Counted from the whole stretch's first letter, positions 18,453 to 29,321 are shown. The stretch: DNA of 63,976 nt, filler included, from Candidatus Fermentibacterota bacterium (GCA_016928395.1; 8 parts of 8 records of this genome joined end to end with filler, not necessarily neighbours in it), one strand, 5' to 3'. Program-made: numbers and translations. The notes: generated by a model from the sequence alone, not told the origin.

Positions 18453-21400
18453 ATGGCCATGACTGCACTATGGGTACTCGCGGCGCTGATAGTGGGGGCG
18501 ATGGTTCCCGCATTCGCGGAGGAAAGGATCGGCGGCCCCGACTGGTATGTGCAGAGTGCACTGGATAACCAGGGCAACATACACATTGCCTACGTCTCTC
18601 CTGCGATGGACGTGTTCTACAGAAGATACGACGGTTCGACGTGGAGCGACTCGTCGTATCTGGGGAACTCGACTCCCTGCTGGCTCACCTACACTTACCC
18701 GGCCATTGCCGTCGGATCTGACCTTGTTCCCCACATCGTGTACGGAACCGATACCGGGAGCTACCCGCATGACCTCAACTACTTCACCTACGCGCGCGCA
18801 TCAAACCAGGCATGCACGTCGTGGGTGTACACGACGATTGGAAACGACGGTTTGCGGAGAGGTACCGCGGACATAGCCCTGGACGCGAGCAATCAGCCGC
18901 ATATGGTCTACAAACAGACCAATAAGTACTCACCCTGGTGGCACAAGATCATCTACCGCGACCCTTGCGGCATTGAGCATGTCATTCGAGAGAAGTGGGA
19001 TCCGCAGCAGGTCGTCAGGCCCCGGATCGCCTATAGCAACGGGACCGTGCATATCACCTGGTGGGAGACCGGCAACAACAGGACCAATATCTGGTATGCG
19101 GCGTCACCCAACTTCACTCCTCAACAGCTGAGCAATGTAGGCTACCGGCAGTATGTGGACTCCCCAGGTATTGGCGTTGCACCCGACGGTCATGTAGAGA
19201 TCGCCTACCTCGTCGCCGATTGGAATGGATCGCCGTACTATGTCGGACTGTTCTCTACTCGGCCGGGATGGACCAATGGCGTTCAGCTGACCGGTGCAGC
19301 CGCCCTGAGCGAGGAGTTCGAAGACTTCTGGCCCCCGAATGTTGCATTTCACTCCAATGGTGACCGGTATATCTCATGGTACCACTGGGCGGAGCACGAG
19401 CACTACTACATGGGCCCGGGGGGCACCAATGTGTTCTACTCCCCGGGGCACATCGACGTGTGTGCCGGTGCGGGCGGGGCGTACTACCTTCGCTGTGCCG
19501 GTGATCCCGGCCCCATGTACTTCCAGCAGATCGCCGGGGGGGGATCCAATGTCCCGCCGACAATCCAGATGCTGTCGCCTCCTGCCCAGAATGCGGAAGC
19601 CAATGCCTCCTACACACTCTCGTGGTCCGATGACGATCCTGACAACAACGCGACGATCGCCCTCTTCTATGACACTAACTCCTCGGGCTTCGATGGTACG
19701 CCTATCCCGGGAGCTCAGAACATCCCGGAGGATCCCGACGGCGCCGGTGACCAGTTCATCTGGAACATCACTGGGCTGCCTGACAACTCCCGCTACTGGG
19801 TGTACGCGACAATCGATGACGGCACCAGTCCCGTCACCGTTTCGTACTCGCCGGGCTACGTGTTTGTGAACCATGTGAACGATCCACCCTCGATCACCCT
19901 TACGTCGCCCTCATCGCCCGATACCGTCGGGGGTGGCACCTTCGAGATCGCGTGGACCGACGATGACCCCGATGACGACGCATCGATATGGCTCTTCTAC
20001 TCCTCGGTTGATGCTCCCAACGAATCCACACTGATCGTATTCGACCTCTCCGAGGATGATGCCGAGGACAGCTATGCGTGGAACATCTCCAGTATGCCGC
20101 CCGGCACGTATCGGATCTACGCCCGTATCTTCGATGGCCAGTACAATGGCTATTCCCACTCCACCGGCACGGTGACCGTCCTGACCAGTATCACGTTCGC
20201 CCCCACCGATGACGCCAGTGTATACCGCGACTGGGAGCCTGACCTCCCCCATGGCGATCGGGATGACCTTGACGTCGGTGCTGATGACCAAGGCACACCC
20301 GACGAGCTGGCATTCTTCAGGTTCGAGGTTGCGGGTTTAGAGTATGGCGTCGTCCGTGCGTATCTCCGCCTTCGGTGCGTTGAATCAGGGGGTGGAGGAG
20401 GGGCTCACTCGGTGAACAGCACGACATGGACAGAGGAAACGCTGACGTGGAACAACAAACCCGGCATGGGCGCCTCTCCGGTTTCGTCAATCCCATGGGT
20501 GTATGAGGGCAACTGGTACGCGTATGAGGTTACCTCGCTTGTAGTGGGGAACGGCACCTACGCCTTCGCCTTGCGTTCCACCGAACCCAACGGAGCCCAC
20601 TTTGCTTCCAAGGAGTACGAAACCACCAGTCTTCGCCCCTACCTTGAGGTGCTCATGGGAGGCGAGATCCCCGAACTTCCGCCCACAGCGCGTATCGATT
20701 CGATCCTTCCCAACCCTGTCATCCAGGGATTCCACCCCGCTGTCGGGTTCTACGGAAGCGGTTGGGACAACGATGAAGGCGGCGCCAGTATCGTCGCGTG
20801 GACGTGGACCTCCAGCCTCAACGGCCAGATCGGCACCGCGTCCTCCTTCACCCTCGCGCCGACGGCGTTGGCGACCGGTGTTCATACCGTGTCACTCACG
20901 GTGCAGGACAATGAGGGCGAATGGTCTGTACCCGACACCTCCTCTCTGGAAGTGCTCCCCCCCGACACCTCACCCCCCACCTGGCCCGACGGAACCGGGA
21001 TCCAGGCCGTGGAAGACCTGGCAAACGGAGGATCTGTCAGACTACTCTGGAATGCCGCAACGGATCAGAACCCCCCGATTCGATACAACGTCTACTACAG
21101 CACCTCTTCGCCCGCATTCTCCGGGACATGCCAGAGCGACGTGAGCTGGACTCCTGGCCTCGACTACTCCTGCACCTTTGTGGTGCCCGGGCTCACTGTC
21201 GACGTGCCATACTACTTCGGCGTCCGGGCCGTGGACCTCGTCGGCAACGAAGACACCAACACCGTGGAGCTGATCTGCACTCCGTCGGAGAGTGGGCCTC
21301 CTTCCTTCGTAAATGACCCCTCCGTGTCTGGGATCACCTCCGGATCGGCATTCATCTGGTGGAGCACGGACGAACCCACCACGGGGATAGTTGGCTACTG

Positions 21401-22343
21401 GGTCGGCCCTGACGATAGCACTGCGGTCGAGGATCCCACGATGGCCACAGATCACAGCGTCCACCTCACGGGGCTGCAGGCCGCAACCGCCTACTTCTTC
21501 CGGGTCTACGCCGTTGACTCTTCCCAGAACTGGATTCAGAGCGATGTCGACACCTTCACCACCGCCCAGCTCCCGACATACGAGTATCTCCCCGTCGATG
21601 ACGCGTATGTCAGCAGTGCGGAGCCGGATGCCAACTTCGGCGGATCAACCCTCCTGTTGGTCAGTGCCGGGCAGATCAGCTACCTGAAGTTCGTCGTGCC
21701 CGACGAGGGCGACGTGGTGGGGGCCGAGCTTCGCGTGGTGGCTGCGACATCGGGCGATAGCGCGACAGTGTGGCCCGTGGCATCCATTACCTGGGCGGAG
21801 GAGACCATCACCTGGAACACCAGGCCCTTCCTGGGAGGCACGGCGATTGGTGGGATTCCGGCCCAAACCTCCGCGTACGCGTACACAGTTGACCTCTCGG
21901 CGTACATTACCGCTCCAGGAACCTACTCCCTGGCCATCAACGGGCCACCCAGCCGCGGAGGCGCATTCTACTCGAAGGAACACACCAACGATGCCCAGCA
22001 GCCCTGTCTGCGAGTGACCTGCCAGGAGGATGGGCAACCTCCGTCACAGGTCGGAGGGCTGCAGTGTCTCGCCTTGGAGTCTGATGTCTTCCTCACCTGG
22101 CAACCATCAACCGACAACGTGGGGGTGGCCGGATATCGCGTCTATCGCGGGAGCTTCCCATACTTCCAGGTCTTGCCTCGAACGCTCATCGCCTCGCCTC
22201 AGACCACGCAGTTCACAGATCTGTCCGTGCTGGGCGATCCCTCGGTTGACCACTTCTACGCGGTGACGGCATTCGACGACGCCGGCAACGAATCGATCCC
22301 CTCAGCCCGAGTGGGAGAGAAGGAGTATGAACTGCTAGACTGA
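18453..22343 (+). CDS. Large secreted modular protein: propeller-like N-domain, Ig-like repeats, two DNRLRE/CBM96-like domains, PKD- and FN3-like domains
   Basis: Signal peptide; paired W.DDDPD..A.I.LFY repeats; two DDA.V...(F/L)(R/K)F...W.EET(L/I)TWN..P modules; FN3 motifs YYFGVRAVD, WQPSTDNVGVAGYRVYR. Confidence 0.85.
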   Translation: MAMTALWVLAALIVGAMVPAFAEERIGGPDWYVQSALDNQGNIHIAYVSPAMDVFYRRYDGSTWSDSSYLGNSTPCWLTYTYPAIAVGSDLVPHIVYGTDTGSYPHDLNYFTYARASNQACTSWVYTTIGNDGLRRGTADIALDASNQPHMVYKQTNKYSPWWHKIIYRDPCGIEHVIREKWDPQQVVRPRIAYSNGTVHITWWETGNNRTNIWYAASPNFTPQQLSNVGYRQYVDSPGIGVAPDGHVEIAYLVADWNGSPYYVGLFSTRPGWTNGVQLTGAAALSEEFEDFWPPNVAFHSNGDRYISWYHWAEHEHYYMGPGGTNVFYSPGHIDVCAGAGGAYYLRCAGDPGPMYFQQIAGGGSNVPPTIQMLSPPAQNAEANASYTLSWSDDDPDNNATIALFYDTNSSGFDGTPIPGAQNIPEDPDGAGDQFIWNITGLPDNSRYWVYATIDDGTSPVTVSYSPGYVFVNHVNDPPSITLTSPSSPDTVGGGTFEIAWTDDDPDDDASIWLFYSSVDAPNESTLIVFDLSEDDAEDSYAWNISSMPPGTYRIYARIFDGQYNGYSHSTGTVTVLTSITFAPTDDASVYRDWEPDLPHGDRDDLDVGADDQGTPDELAFFRFEVAGLEYGVVRAYLRLRCVESGGGGGAHSVNSTTWTEETLTWNNKPGMGASPVSSIPWVYEGNWYAYEVTSLVVGNGTYAFALRSTEPNGAHFASKEYETTSLRPYLEVLMGGEIPELPPTARIDSILPNPVIQGFHPAVGFYGSGWDNDEGGASIVAWTWTSSLNGQIGTASSFTLAPTALATGVHTVSLTVQDNEGEWSVPDTSSLEVLPPDTSPPTWPDGTGIQAVEDLANGGSVRLLWNAATDQNPPIRYNVYYSTSSPAFSGTCQSDVSWTPGLDYSCTFVVPGLTVDVPYYFGVRAVDLVGNEDTNTVELICTPSESGPPSFVNDPSVSGITSGSAFIWWSTDEPTTGIVGYWVGPDDSTAVEDPTMATDHSVHLTGLQAATAYFFRVYAVDSSQNWIQSDVDTFTTAQLPTYEYLPVDDAYVSSAEPDANFGGSTLLLVSAGQISYLKFVVPDEGDVVGAELRVVAATSGDSATVWPVASITWAEETITWNTRPFLGGTAIGGIPAQTSAYAYTVDLSAYITAPGTYSLAINGPPSRGGAFYSKEHTNDAQQPCLRVTCQEDGQPPSQVGGLQCLALESDVFLTWQPSTDNVGVAGYRVYRGSFPYFQVLPRTLIASPQTTQFTDLSVLGDPSVDHFYAVTAFDDAGNESIPSARVGEKEYELLD

Positions 22344-22655
22344 CGGGAGGAGACCGCGGCATCTTGAGCCTCTCCCGGAGCCGTCGCGCTCTGCGTGGCG
22401 TGCGGCTGTCGGGCGGGACGCTCCGATAGCCTGTCTCCTGTAGCCTACGACGCAGTCGGCCCGCAGACCCGTCATTCAGGGATACATCGTCCCGTTTTGA
22501 GGGTACTCTCAGACAATGTCTCATACGCTCGGGAGCATCCACCCTTGAGTGCAAGCGCATAACCGGCAGCCGCGCCTACCTTCGGGCGGTCTAGCATCCC
22601 GGCCGGGCAATGCCGTTCCCCGGCGGCGCCGCACCTCAGCAACAGTGGAGTCTTG

Positions 22656-24761
22656 ATGTACCGATGGGTTCTGCCTTGGTGTGTTCCCGCGATAGTGCTC
22701 GCGGGGCTGTTCTGTGGCACGCCTGCGTGTGCTCCCCGCGAGGCAACCGAGGGTTCCCCAGCCGACATGACGCCTCTCTTCGGTTCCTCGTTCCGCGCGG
22801 TGTGGGTGCAGGACATTGGTGACGGATCCGATTTCGAAGTCCAGGGAGATCGGTTGCGGCTCATGGGCTACGATTCCTCCGACCCCCGAGGGGAGGTCGT
22901 CATCCTTCCCGAAATCGCCAACTACGCCCGCCCCCTCATAACGCGCCAGGGAGATCGCATCGTATTCTCCAGCCGCAAGACCGCCAAGGCCTACATCGTG
23001 AACTGGGACGGCTCCAACCTCCGTGAGATCACGGACGGCCTCGGCGTTGCCGTCTGGATCGATCCTCTGAGCGCCGAGGAGTGGCTCTTCGTAGCCCGGC
23101 CGGGGGCCAACACCGATTCCACCGGCTGGCCCATGGGCAGCATCTGGCGGTATCCTATCGACCGGCCTGCAGCGGGCGAACTGGTCTGGGATCGAACCGA
23201 CATCGACATCGACAACTTCCAAGTGTCGGCCGACGGTACCCGCGCCTGCGGTCTCTTCCCGTGGCCTTCGGGCGGCATGGCCGAGCTTCCCAACGGCGCG
23301 TGGCGGAAGTATGACGAGGGGTGCTGGACCTCGCTGGCACCTGACAATAGCTACCGCTCCTGGGTATTCGATGGCAATCACCGCGACCTCTCGGTGTTCG
23401 ATGACGAAGGAACCAACAAACGTATCCTCCACCTCGGCACGTTGCCGGGGATGAACAACTGCGAGGTCAGGCATCCCCGCTGGAGTAATCACCCTCGCTA
23501 CATGACCATGACGGGTCCCTATTGCGCTGATGACGGCACCGGGAGAGCCGTCTCCGGACACGGTGTGGAGGTCTTCGTGGGCCGATTCGCCGAAGACTTC
23601 GCGTCCATCGACGAGCTGGTGCGTCTTACCCGCAATGCGCGGGCCGATTTCTTCCCCGACGTGTGGATTGCGGCGTCACACCAGGATATGCCGGACACCG
23701 GGTCGATCCCTCCGCGCAAGGCCATGCCCGAGCCCGCGGACGTCTCCCGAAGCGGCACATTTCCCTCCCCCGAGGGGGTGGCATTCGTGTGGGAAAACAG
23801 GTCGGCTCCTAACATCGTCACTGCAAACGGCGTCTTTGTCCGCACCTGCCGCGTGATTCCCCGGGGTCAGGCGTGGTACGGACGTTTCTTCGACATGGTT
23901 CTGCGGGGCGGGGCATTCGAGGCGGAGGACGTCGATCAGAGCATGCTCGACCAATGGAAGATCAGCAATGCCCTGAGCATTGAAGCAGTGCTGACGCCTG
24001 CGAAGAGATCACAAAGTCCCGCGTCCATCATCGCCTACGGTCCGCCTGCCGGGTCCCCTCAGTTCATGCTGAGCCAATGTGGCGATAGCCTAGTGGTGGC
24101 CATCCAGACATCCGGCTCGGGCTCGCCTTCCACTGCGGTCCTCTGCCGGCTGAATGAAACACTACCCAATCATCTGCTCGTGAGCTACCAGCAAGGCCGA
24201 TTGGCCTGCTACCGCGATGGGCGCCTCGAAACCACGGTCTCACGCATCCAGGGAGGGTTTGACTCGTGGACTGTACAGCATCTGACCTTTGGAAATGCGC
24301 TGGATGGTCTGGCTCCCTGGGCCGGGTCCCTTGAGGGCATTACGCTCTGGAGCAGGTTCATCGATGAAGAAGAGGCCGCCCATCGCGCGCAGACTCGGCT
24401 GTCCACGGTTCGCGGGAGGCCCGAGGCTGATTCGTGGAGGGTTGACGCCACTTTGGTTGAGGTGACGCCGATACCCGATCCGCGTACCGTCGCACCCTAC
24501 CATCGGGCACTGGTAGTCAACGCCTACGATGTCTCGTACAATCCCCCGGAAGGCTCGCCCAGGATTCTGGTGGCCCACTGGGGAATTCTCGATCGCGCAG
24601 TTTTGGCCGGTGTACCCGCCGAGATCGGATCGACCTACGGTCTCGTCCTCCAACGATTCGAGGATCATCCCCAACTTGAGTCGGAGCGACTGCTCATGGA
24701 GAATTCGGATTTGACCCTCCCTCTCTTCTACGACATCGGCCTCCTCCTGGCCCGCCCGTAG
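22656..24761 (+). CDS. Secreted protein: TolB-like propeller, LamG-like domain and unknown C-terminal domain
   Basis: Hydrophobic N-terminus; RIVFSS..VNWDGSNLREIT, HPRWSNHP; LSIEAVLTP...HLLVSY..G.L..Y.DG...W.G.LEGITLWSR (LamG-like). Confidence 0.7.
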   Translation: MYRWVLPWCVPAIVLAGLFCGTPACAPREATEGSPADMTPLFGSSFRAVWVQDIGDGSDFEVQGDRLRLMGYDSSDPRGEVVILPEIANYARPLITRQGDRIVFSSRKTAKAYIVNWDGSNLREITDGLGVAVWIDPLSAEEWLFVARPGANTDSTGWPMGSIWRYPIDRPAAGELVWDRTDIDIDNFQVSADGTRACGLFPWPSGGMAELPNGAWRKYDEGCWTSLAPDNSYRSWVFDGNHRDLSVFDDEGTNKRILHLGTLPGMNNCEVRHPRWSNHPRYMTMTGPYCADDGTGRAVSGHGVEVFVGRFAEDFASIDELVRLTRNARADFFPDVWIAASHQDMPDTGSIPPRKAMPEPADVSRSGTFPSPEGVAFVWENRSAPNIVTANGVFVRTCRVIPRGQAWYGRFFDMVLRGGAFEAEDVDQSMLDQWKISNALSIEAVLTPAKRSQSPASIIAYGPPAGSPQFMLSQCGDSLVVAIQTSGSGSPSTAVLCRLNETLPNHLLVSYQQGRLACYRDGRLETTVSRIQGGFDSWTVQHLTFGNALDGLAPWAGSLEGITLWSRFIDEEEAAHRAQTRLSTVRGRPEADSWRVDATLVEVTPIPDPRTVAPYHRALVVNAYDVSYNPPEGSPRILVAHWGILDRAVLAGVPAEIGSTYGLVLQRFEDHPQLESERLLMENSDLTLPLFYDIGLLLARP

Positions 24762-25071
24762 CTGCGATGAGACCGGGGATGAATGCGGAATTCGGATTGC
24801 GTTCGATGTGCGACGTTCGACGTTTCCTTCGCTTCCTCACCTTCTTACCCGTGTTAGCTGAACCCCGAACCCTGGAGGCTGCCTTCCTGATGCTGCCCCC
24901 CTCTCCTCACTCCTATCTCCTCTCTCCGAGAGCGAAGCGTAGCCATCCACCCATCTCCTCCAATATTCCACGGCTGGAATATCCAACCCTCACCCACTCA
25001 TTCACCCAACCATCCATTCGTCCATTCCATCGTTCCACCATTCCATTATTCCAATCCTGAACACTCCGTAG

Positions 25072-26574
25072 ATGGTCTTCAGCTCTCACGTCTTCCTCTT
25101 CTACCTCCTGCCCTTGGCGCTCTTGGGCTACTATGCGCTGCCCCACCGGGGCAAGCACGCCTTTCTGACCGCGATCAGCTACCTCTTCTACGGATGGGCC
25201 AATCCCGCGTTCGTGCTGGTCATGGCCACTTCGACGCTGATTGACTACGCTGCCGCATTGCTCATGGTGGGCCGCCTGAATCCCCGCGACCGCCGCCCCA
25301 TCGAGCCCCTGCAGCCCGGCACGCCGAGAACGCGACCGCAGAAGGCCGCGCTGGCGCTCTCGGTGATCTCAAACCTGTCTCTCTTGGGGTTCTTCAAGTA
25401 CTTCAACTTCGCCGCGTCCAGCTATGATCAGTTGATCACCGCGCTGGGGCTTCCGCAGCTTGGCCTCGATGTCGCGTTCCGGGTGACCCTTCCCCTGGGA
25501 ATCAGCTTCTACACGTTCCAATCGATGAGTTATACCATCGACACGTACAGGGGCCAAGCCACGCCACAGCACCGGCTGACGGATTTCGCCTGCTACGTGT
25601 CCATGTTCCCGCAGTTGGTGGCGGGGCCCATCGTCCGCTACCATGAGATCGCCGGCCAACTGGCCCGGCGTACCTACACGATAGCCAGTTTCGCTCGGGG
25701 CACACTCTTTCTTGCCCTGGGATTGAGCAAGAAGGTGCTGCTGGCCAACCCCTGCGGCACGGTGGCGGATGCCGCGTTCAGTGCCGGATCCTTGGCCGCA
25801 TTCGATGCCTGGATCGGCGTCATTGCCTACTCGTTCCAGATCTACTTCGATTTCAGCGGATACTCCGACATGGCCATCGGCCTGGGCCTCATGCTGGGCT
25901 TCACTTTCCCCCGCAACTTCAACCGGCCCTATCTCTCCACATCCATCACCGAGTTTTGGACCCGCTGGCACATGACGCTGTCGACATGGTTCCGCAGCTA
26001 CCTGTTCCTGCCCCTGGCGTATCGGCTTTCCCGCCTATTGCCCGAAGACCGCCCTCTCGGGCTCAGCCATGACCACGTCGTGTATGCCGGTGCAGCGGTG
26101 CTGACCATGACTTTGGCCGGGCTGTGGCACGGCGCCGCCTGGAGCTTCGTTCTCTGGGGCCTCTACCATGGCCTGTGGCTGGTGGGTGAGCGGCTGTCCG
26201 GGATCCACAGGCCCAAAAGGAGGAGAAGCCTGCCCCGGCCCGCGCGGATCGCCACGACCTTTCTGATCACGCTCCTAGGGTGGGTGGTCTTCCGCGCCGA
26301 GAGCCTCGCCGCGGCGGCGGCGTACATGGGGAGCATGACGGGGTTGGGCACAGCACAGCCCGGCGCCGGGCTCCTTGCCGGCGTATGGCAGCAACCCTAC
26401 TACCTCGGCACCATGGCAATCGCGGCTGTGGTCACCTGGGCATGCCCGGATACATGGGAGTTCACCCGCCGCATCACCGGAATCAAAGCCGCGTGGTCCG
26501 TGGCCTTGCTCGTCGTGTCTCTGCTGGTTCTCTTCACCCAGGCATACAACCCCTTCATTTACTTTATTTTTTAA
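25072..26574 (+). CDS. algI: MBOAT O-acyltransferase, AlgI/PatA type
   Basis: MVFSS..FLF, LPLGISFYTFQSMSY, FPQLVAGPIVR, QIYFDFSGYSDMAIG, FWTRWHMTLS, GLWHGAAW, PFIYFIF. Confidence 0.92.
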   Translation: MVFSSHVFLFYLLPLALLGYYALPHRGKHAFLTAISYLFYGWANPAFVLVMATSTLIDYAAALLMVGRLNPRDRRPIEPLQPGTPRTRPQKAALALSVISNLSLLGFFKYFNFAASSYDQLITALGLPQLGLDVAFRVTLPLGISFYTFQSMSYTIDTYRGQATPQHRLTDFACYVSMFPQLVAGPIVRYHEIAGQLARRTYTIASFARGTLFLALGLSKKVLLANPCGTVADAAFSAGSLAAFDAWIGVIAYSFQIYFDFSGYSDMAIGLGLMLGFTFPRNFNRPYLSTSITEFWTRWHMTLSTWFRSYLFLPLAYRLSRLLPEDRPLGLSHDHVVYAGAAVLTMTLAGLWHGAAWSFVLWGLYHGLWLVGERLSGIHRPKRRRSLPRPARIATTFLITLLGWVVFRAESLAAAAAYMGSMTGLGTAQPGAGLLAGVWQQPYYLGTMAIAAVVTWACPDTWEFTRRITGIKAAWSVALLVVSLLVLFTQAYNPFIYFIF

Positions 26575-26577
26575 AGT

Positions 26578-28260
26578 ATGTGTGCTTCACTGCTTTCGAC
26601 GTCCAAAGAGCCCGCAGCGGCGGAAGTGGCACGGACTATCGTGTCTCGGCCCTGCGCCTTTGCGGTGACGGTGGTGGCAGCGGCTCTCATCCTGGCCGTC
26701 CCGGTCAGCCAGACCATCTGGGAGGGCCGGGAATACCGCGCGGGAAGGCGGGATACGGCCATTCCGCAGGCCATCGACGCGCGACGCTTTGTCGCGGGTT
26801 CAGCCGCGGCGTGGACCGGCAGCGGGCCATCGTTCACGCGAAGACTCTCCGCACTCAACCGCCGGCTGAAGACGGAGATCCAGCGGTACGAAGACGATCT
26901 GGAAGACCGATCCATTGTCTCGCGATTCTTGCTGCCGCCGTCGCAGCAGATCCTCTCAGGCCTGCTGGGCGCAGGCAATGAGAAAGTCTACTGTGGTCGC
27001 GACGGCTGGCTCTTCTACCGTCAGTCCATTGATTATGCCATGGGCCCGGGATTCCTCAGCCCCCGGCACAGGGCGCGTCGCGCGGAGGAGGTCGCACAAC
27101 CGAATCCCCTCAAGGCCCTCCTCCATTTTCACACGCAACTTCGCACCCGTGGCATCCAGCTCGTCGTGATGCCCGTACCCGTGAAACCGGCGGCACATCC
27201 GGAGAAGTTCTCCCGGGGATTCCACCCGGGCGGAGAGATCCTGCATGATCCCTCCTTCGACGAGTTCCATCGCGAGCTGGAGCAGGCCGGCATCCACGTC
27301 ATGGTCATCGACAGCCTTCTCAACCGCATGCGTCACAGCGGCCATGAGACCTATCTGCGCACTGATACCCACTGGCGACCTGAGGTTGTCGAGGAGGCGG
27401 CACGGACACTGGCGTCATATCTGCGAAACCGGGGCGTACTCCCAGAGTCTGAGGAGAGTGGATACACGCACGCCGCCGCAGAGATTATCAATACCGGCGA
27501 CCTGGCTGCCATGCTGCAGCTTCCGGCCCAGCATGGGGTCTATCCCGCGCAAGCGGTCCAGATCCGCCGGGTGATGACACCGGATGGCGTACCGTGGCAG
27601 CCTGTACGAGACTCCCAAGTCTTGGTCCTCGGAGACAGCTATGCCAACATATACTCCTTGGAGGCGTTGGGGTGGGGAGAAACGGCGGGATTCGCGGCCC
27701 AGCTGAGCTACTACCTCCGCCGTCCGGTGGACTGTATCCTCCGCAACGACAGTGGGTCCTTCGCCACCAGGGAGATGCTGCGGGATGAGATGGCGCGAGG
27801 TCATGACCGCCTGGCGGGGAAACGGGTAGTAGTTTACCAGTTCTCGGCCCGTGAGCTGGCCTTCGGTGACTGGAAGTTAATCGATTTGCCACTCGTGCCT
27901 GAGGCCGCCGGAGACCTCTTCTGCCCGCCTCCCGGGAGTCTCGTGACAGTCACCGGTACCGTTGAGGCTGTGTCTGACGTGCCGAGGCCCTTTTCCGTAC
28001 CGTATCGGGATCACATCTTCGCCGTGCAACTGACGGGCCTGCAGATGCCGGACGGGAACGAATCTTTGGGACGGGCCGCCGTGTACCTCTGGAGTATGCG
28101 GGACAATGCGCTGACCCGAGCGACTCGTATCCGGCTGGGGCACACTATCACTGTGCGCCTCAGACCGTGGTCCGATGTCTCCGATACCCTCGATGCCGTC
28201 AACCGCAGCGAACTGGATGAGCTGGTCCTTGCCCCATGCTGGGGAGAACTTCCGGAGTAG
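26578..28260 (+). CDS. AlgJ/AlgX-type SGNH O-acetyltransferase with extra C-terminal domain
   Basis: GRDGWLFY, LVVMPVPVK, RTDTHW (DxH), VLGDSY (catalytic Ser). Confidence 0.85.
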   Translation: MCASLLSTSKEPAAAEVARTIVSRPCAFAVTVVAAALILAVPVSQTIWEGREYRAGRRDTAIPQAIDARRFVAGSAAAWTGSGPSFTRRLSALNRRLKTEIQRYEDDLEDRSIVSRFLLPPSQQILSGLLGAGNEKVYCGRDGWLFYRQSIDYAMGPGFLSPRHRARRAEEVAQPNPLKALLHFHTQLRTRGIQLVVMPVPVKPAAHPEKFSRGFHPGGEILHDPSFDEFHRELEQAGIHVMVIDSLLNRMRHSGHETYLRTDTHWRPEVVEEAARTLASYLRNRGVLPESEESGYTHAAAEIINTGDLAAMLQLPAQHGVYPAQAVQIRRVMTPDGVPWQPVRDSQVLVLGDSYANIYSLEALGWGETAGFAAQLSYYLRRPVDCILRNDSGSFATREMLRDEMARGHDRLAGKRVVVYQFSARELAFGDWKLIDLPLVPEAAGDLFCPPPGSLVTVTGTVEAVSDVPRPFSVPYRDHIFAVQLTGLQMPDGNESLGRAAVYLWSMRDNALTRATRIRLGHTITVRLRPWSDVSDTLDAVNRSELDELVLAPCWGELPE

Positions 28261-28269
28261 CCTGACACC

Positions 28270-29321
28270 ATGACACAAAGACCATCGAGCTCGCGCCCTG
28301 CCATGGCCCGCCTCTGCCCATCCTTGTCGCTCCTGTTTCTGCTGACGATGGCCTGCTTTCCCTCCCAGGATCCGGCGAGAGCCTTCCAAACCCTCTGCGC
28401 CGAACAGTGGCGCAGCGTGGAACACGCGACCCACCAGGTCGTGGAGGGAAGAGAAGGATGGCTGTTCTTCGGGCCGGAGCTTCGCCATATCAGCCTCGGC
28501 CCATTCTGGGGGCTCGACGCGGCCCGGCATTCGGCTTCGACCGATGCCGATCCCATAGCCGCCATCCTCGATTTCAGGACCCAGTTGGACCGCCTGGGCG
28601 TGAACCTGCTCATGGTTCCCGTGCCTCCCAAGGCGATGGTCTACCCCGACATGCTGGCCGGCGAGCCCTTGGACTCCCGCCGCCTCGATCCCTTCCACAG
28701 GGAGTTCTATGACCTGCTCCGCCGCGAGGGTGTCGCGGTGCTCGATCTGAGCCCTGTGTTTCGCGACGCCCGGCAGGACACCGGCGAGCACCTGTACTGC
28801 AAGACCGATACCCACTGGTCGGGCCATGGCTGTGTCGTGGCGGCCGAGGTTATCGCCCAGGAGCTGAGAGACCGCACCTGGGCGCCGCAGGCCACAGAGG
28901 AGATGACCTACGAGTGGCGGGATATCGACATCGTGGGTGATCTCTCCGCTACCTTGGGTTGCACGGGATCCACGGAGCCTCTCAGGGTCCGATCCGTCGG
29001 ACGACGAATGGGTGGGGGGCTCATCCCCGTGCCTCCCGATCGAAAAAGCCCAATCCTGCTCCTGGGCGACAGCCATTGCCTCGTGTTTCACGCCGGCGAC
29101 GACATGCATGCGGGCGGTGCCGGTCTCCTGGACCAGCTCGCCCTGGAACTGGGGTCGCCCGTTGATCTGGTGGGTGTCCGGGGCTCCGGCGCTACGCCCG
29201 CGAGGATAAACCTCATGCGCCGCGCCCGCTCCTCCCCCGGCTACCTCTCCGCGAAACGTGTCATCATCTGGTGCTTCGCCGCCCGCGAGTTCACCGAGAG
29301 CACCGGCTGGCAGAAGATCCC
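28270..29321 (+). CDS. Second AlgJ/AlgX-type SGNH O-acetyltransferase, 3'-truncated
   Basis: GREGWLFF, VPVPPKAMVYPD, KTDTHWS, LLGDSH; runs into N gap. Confidence 0.85.
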
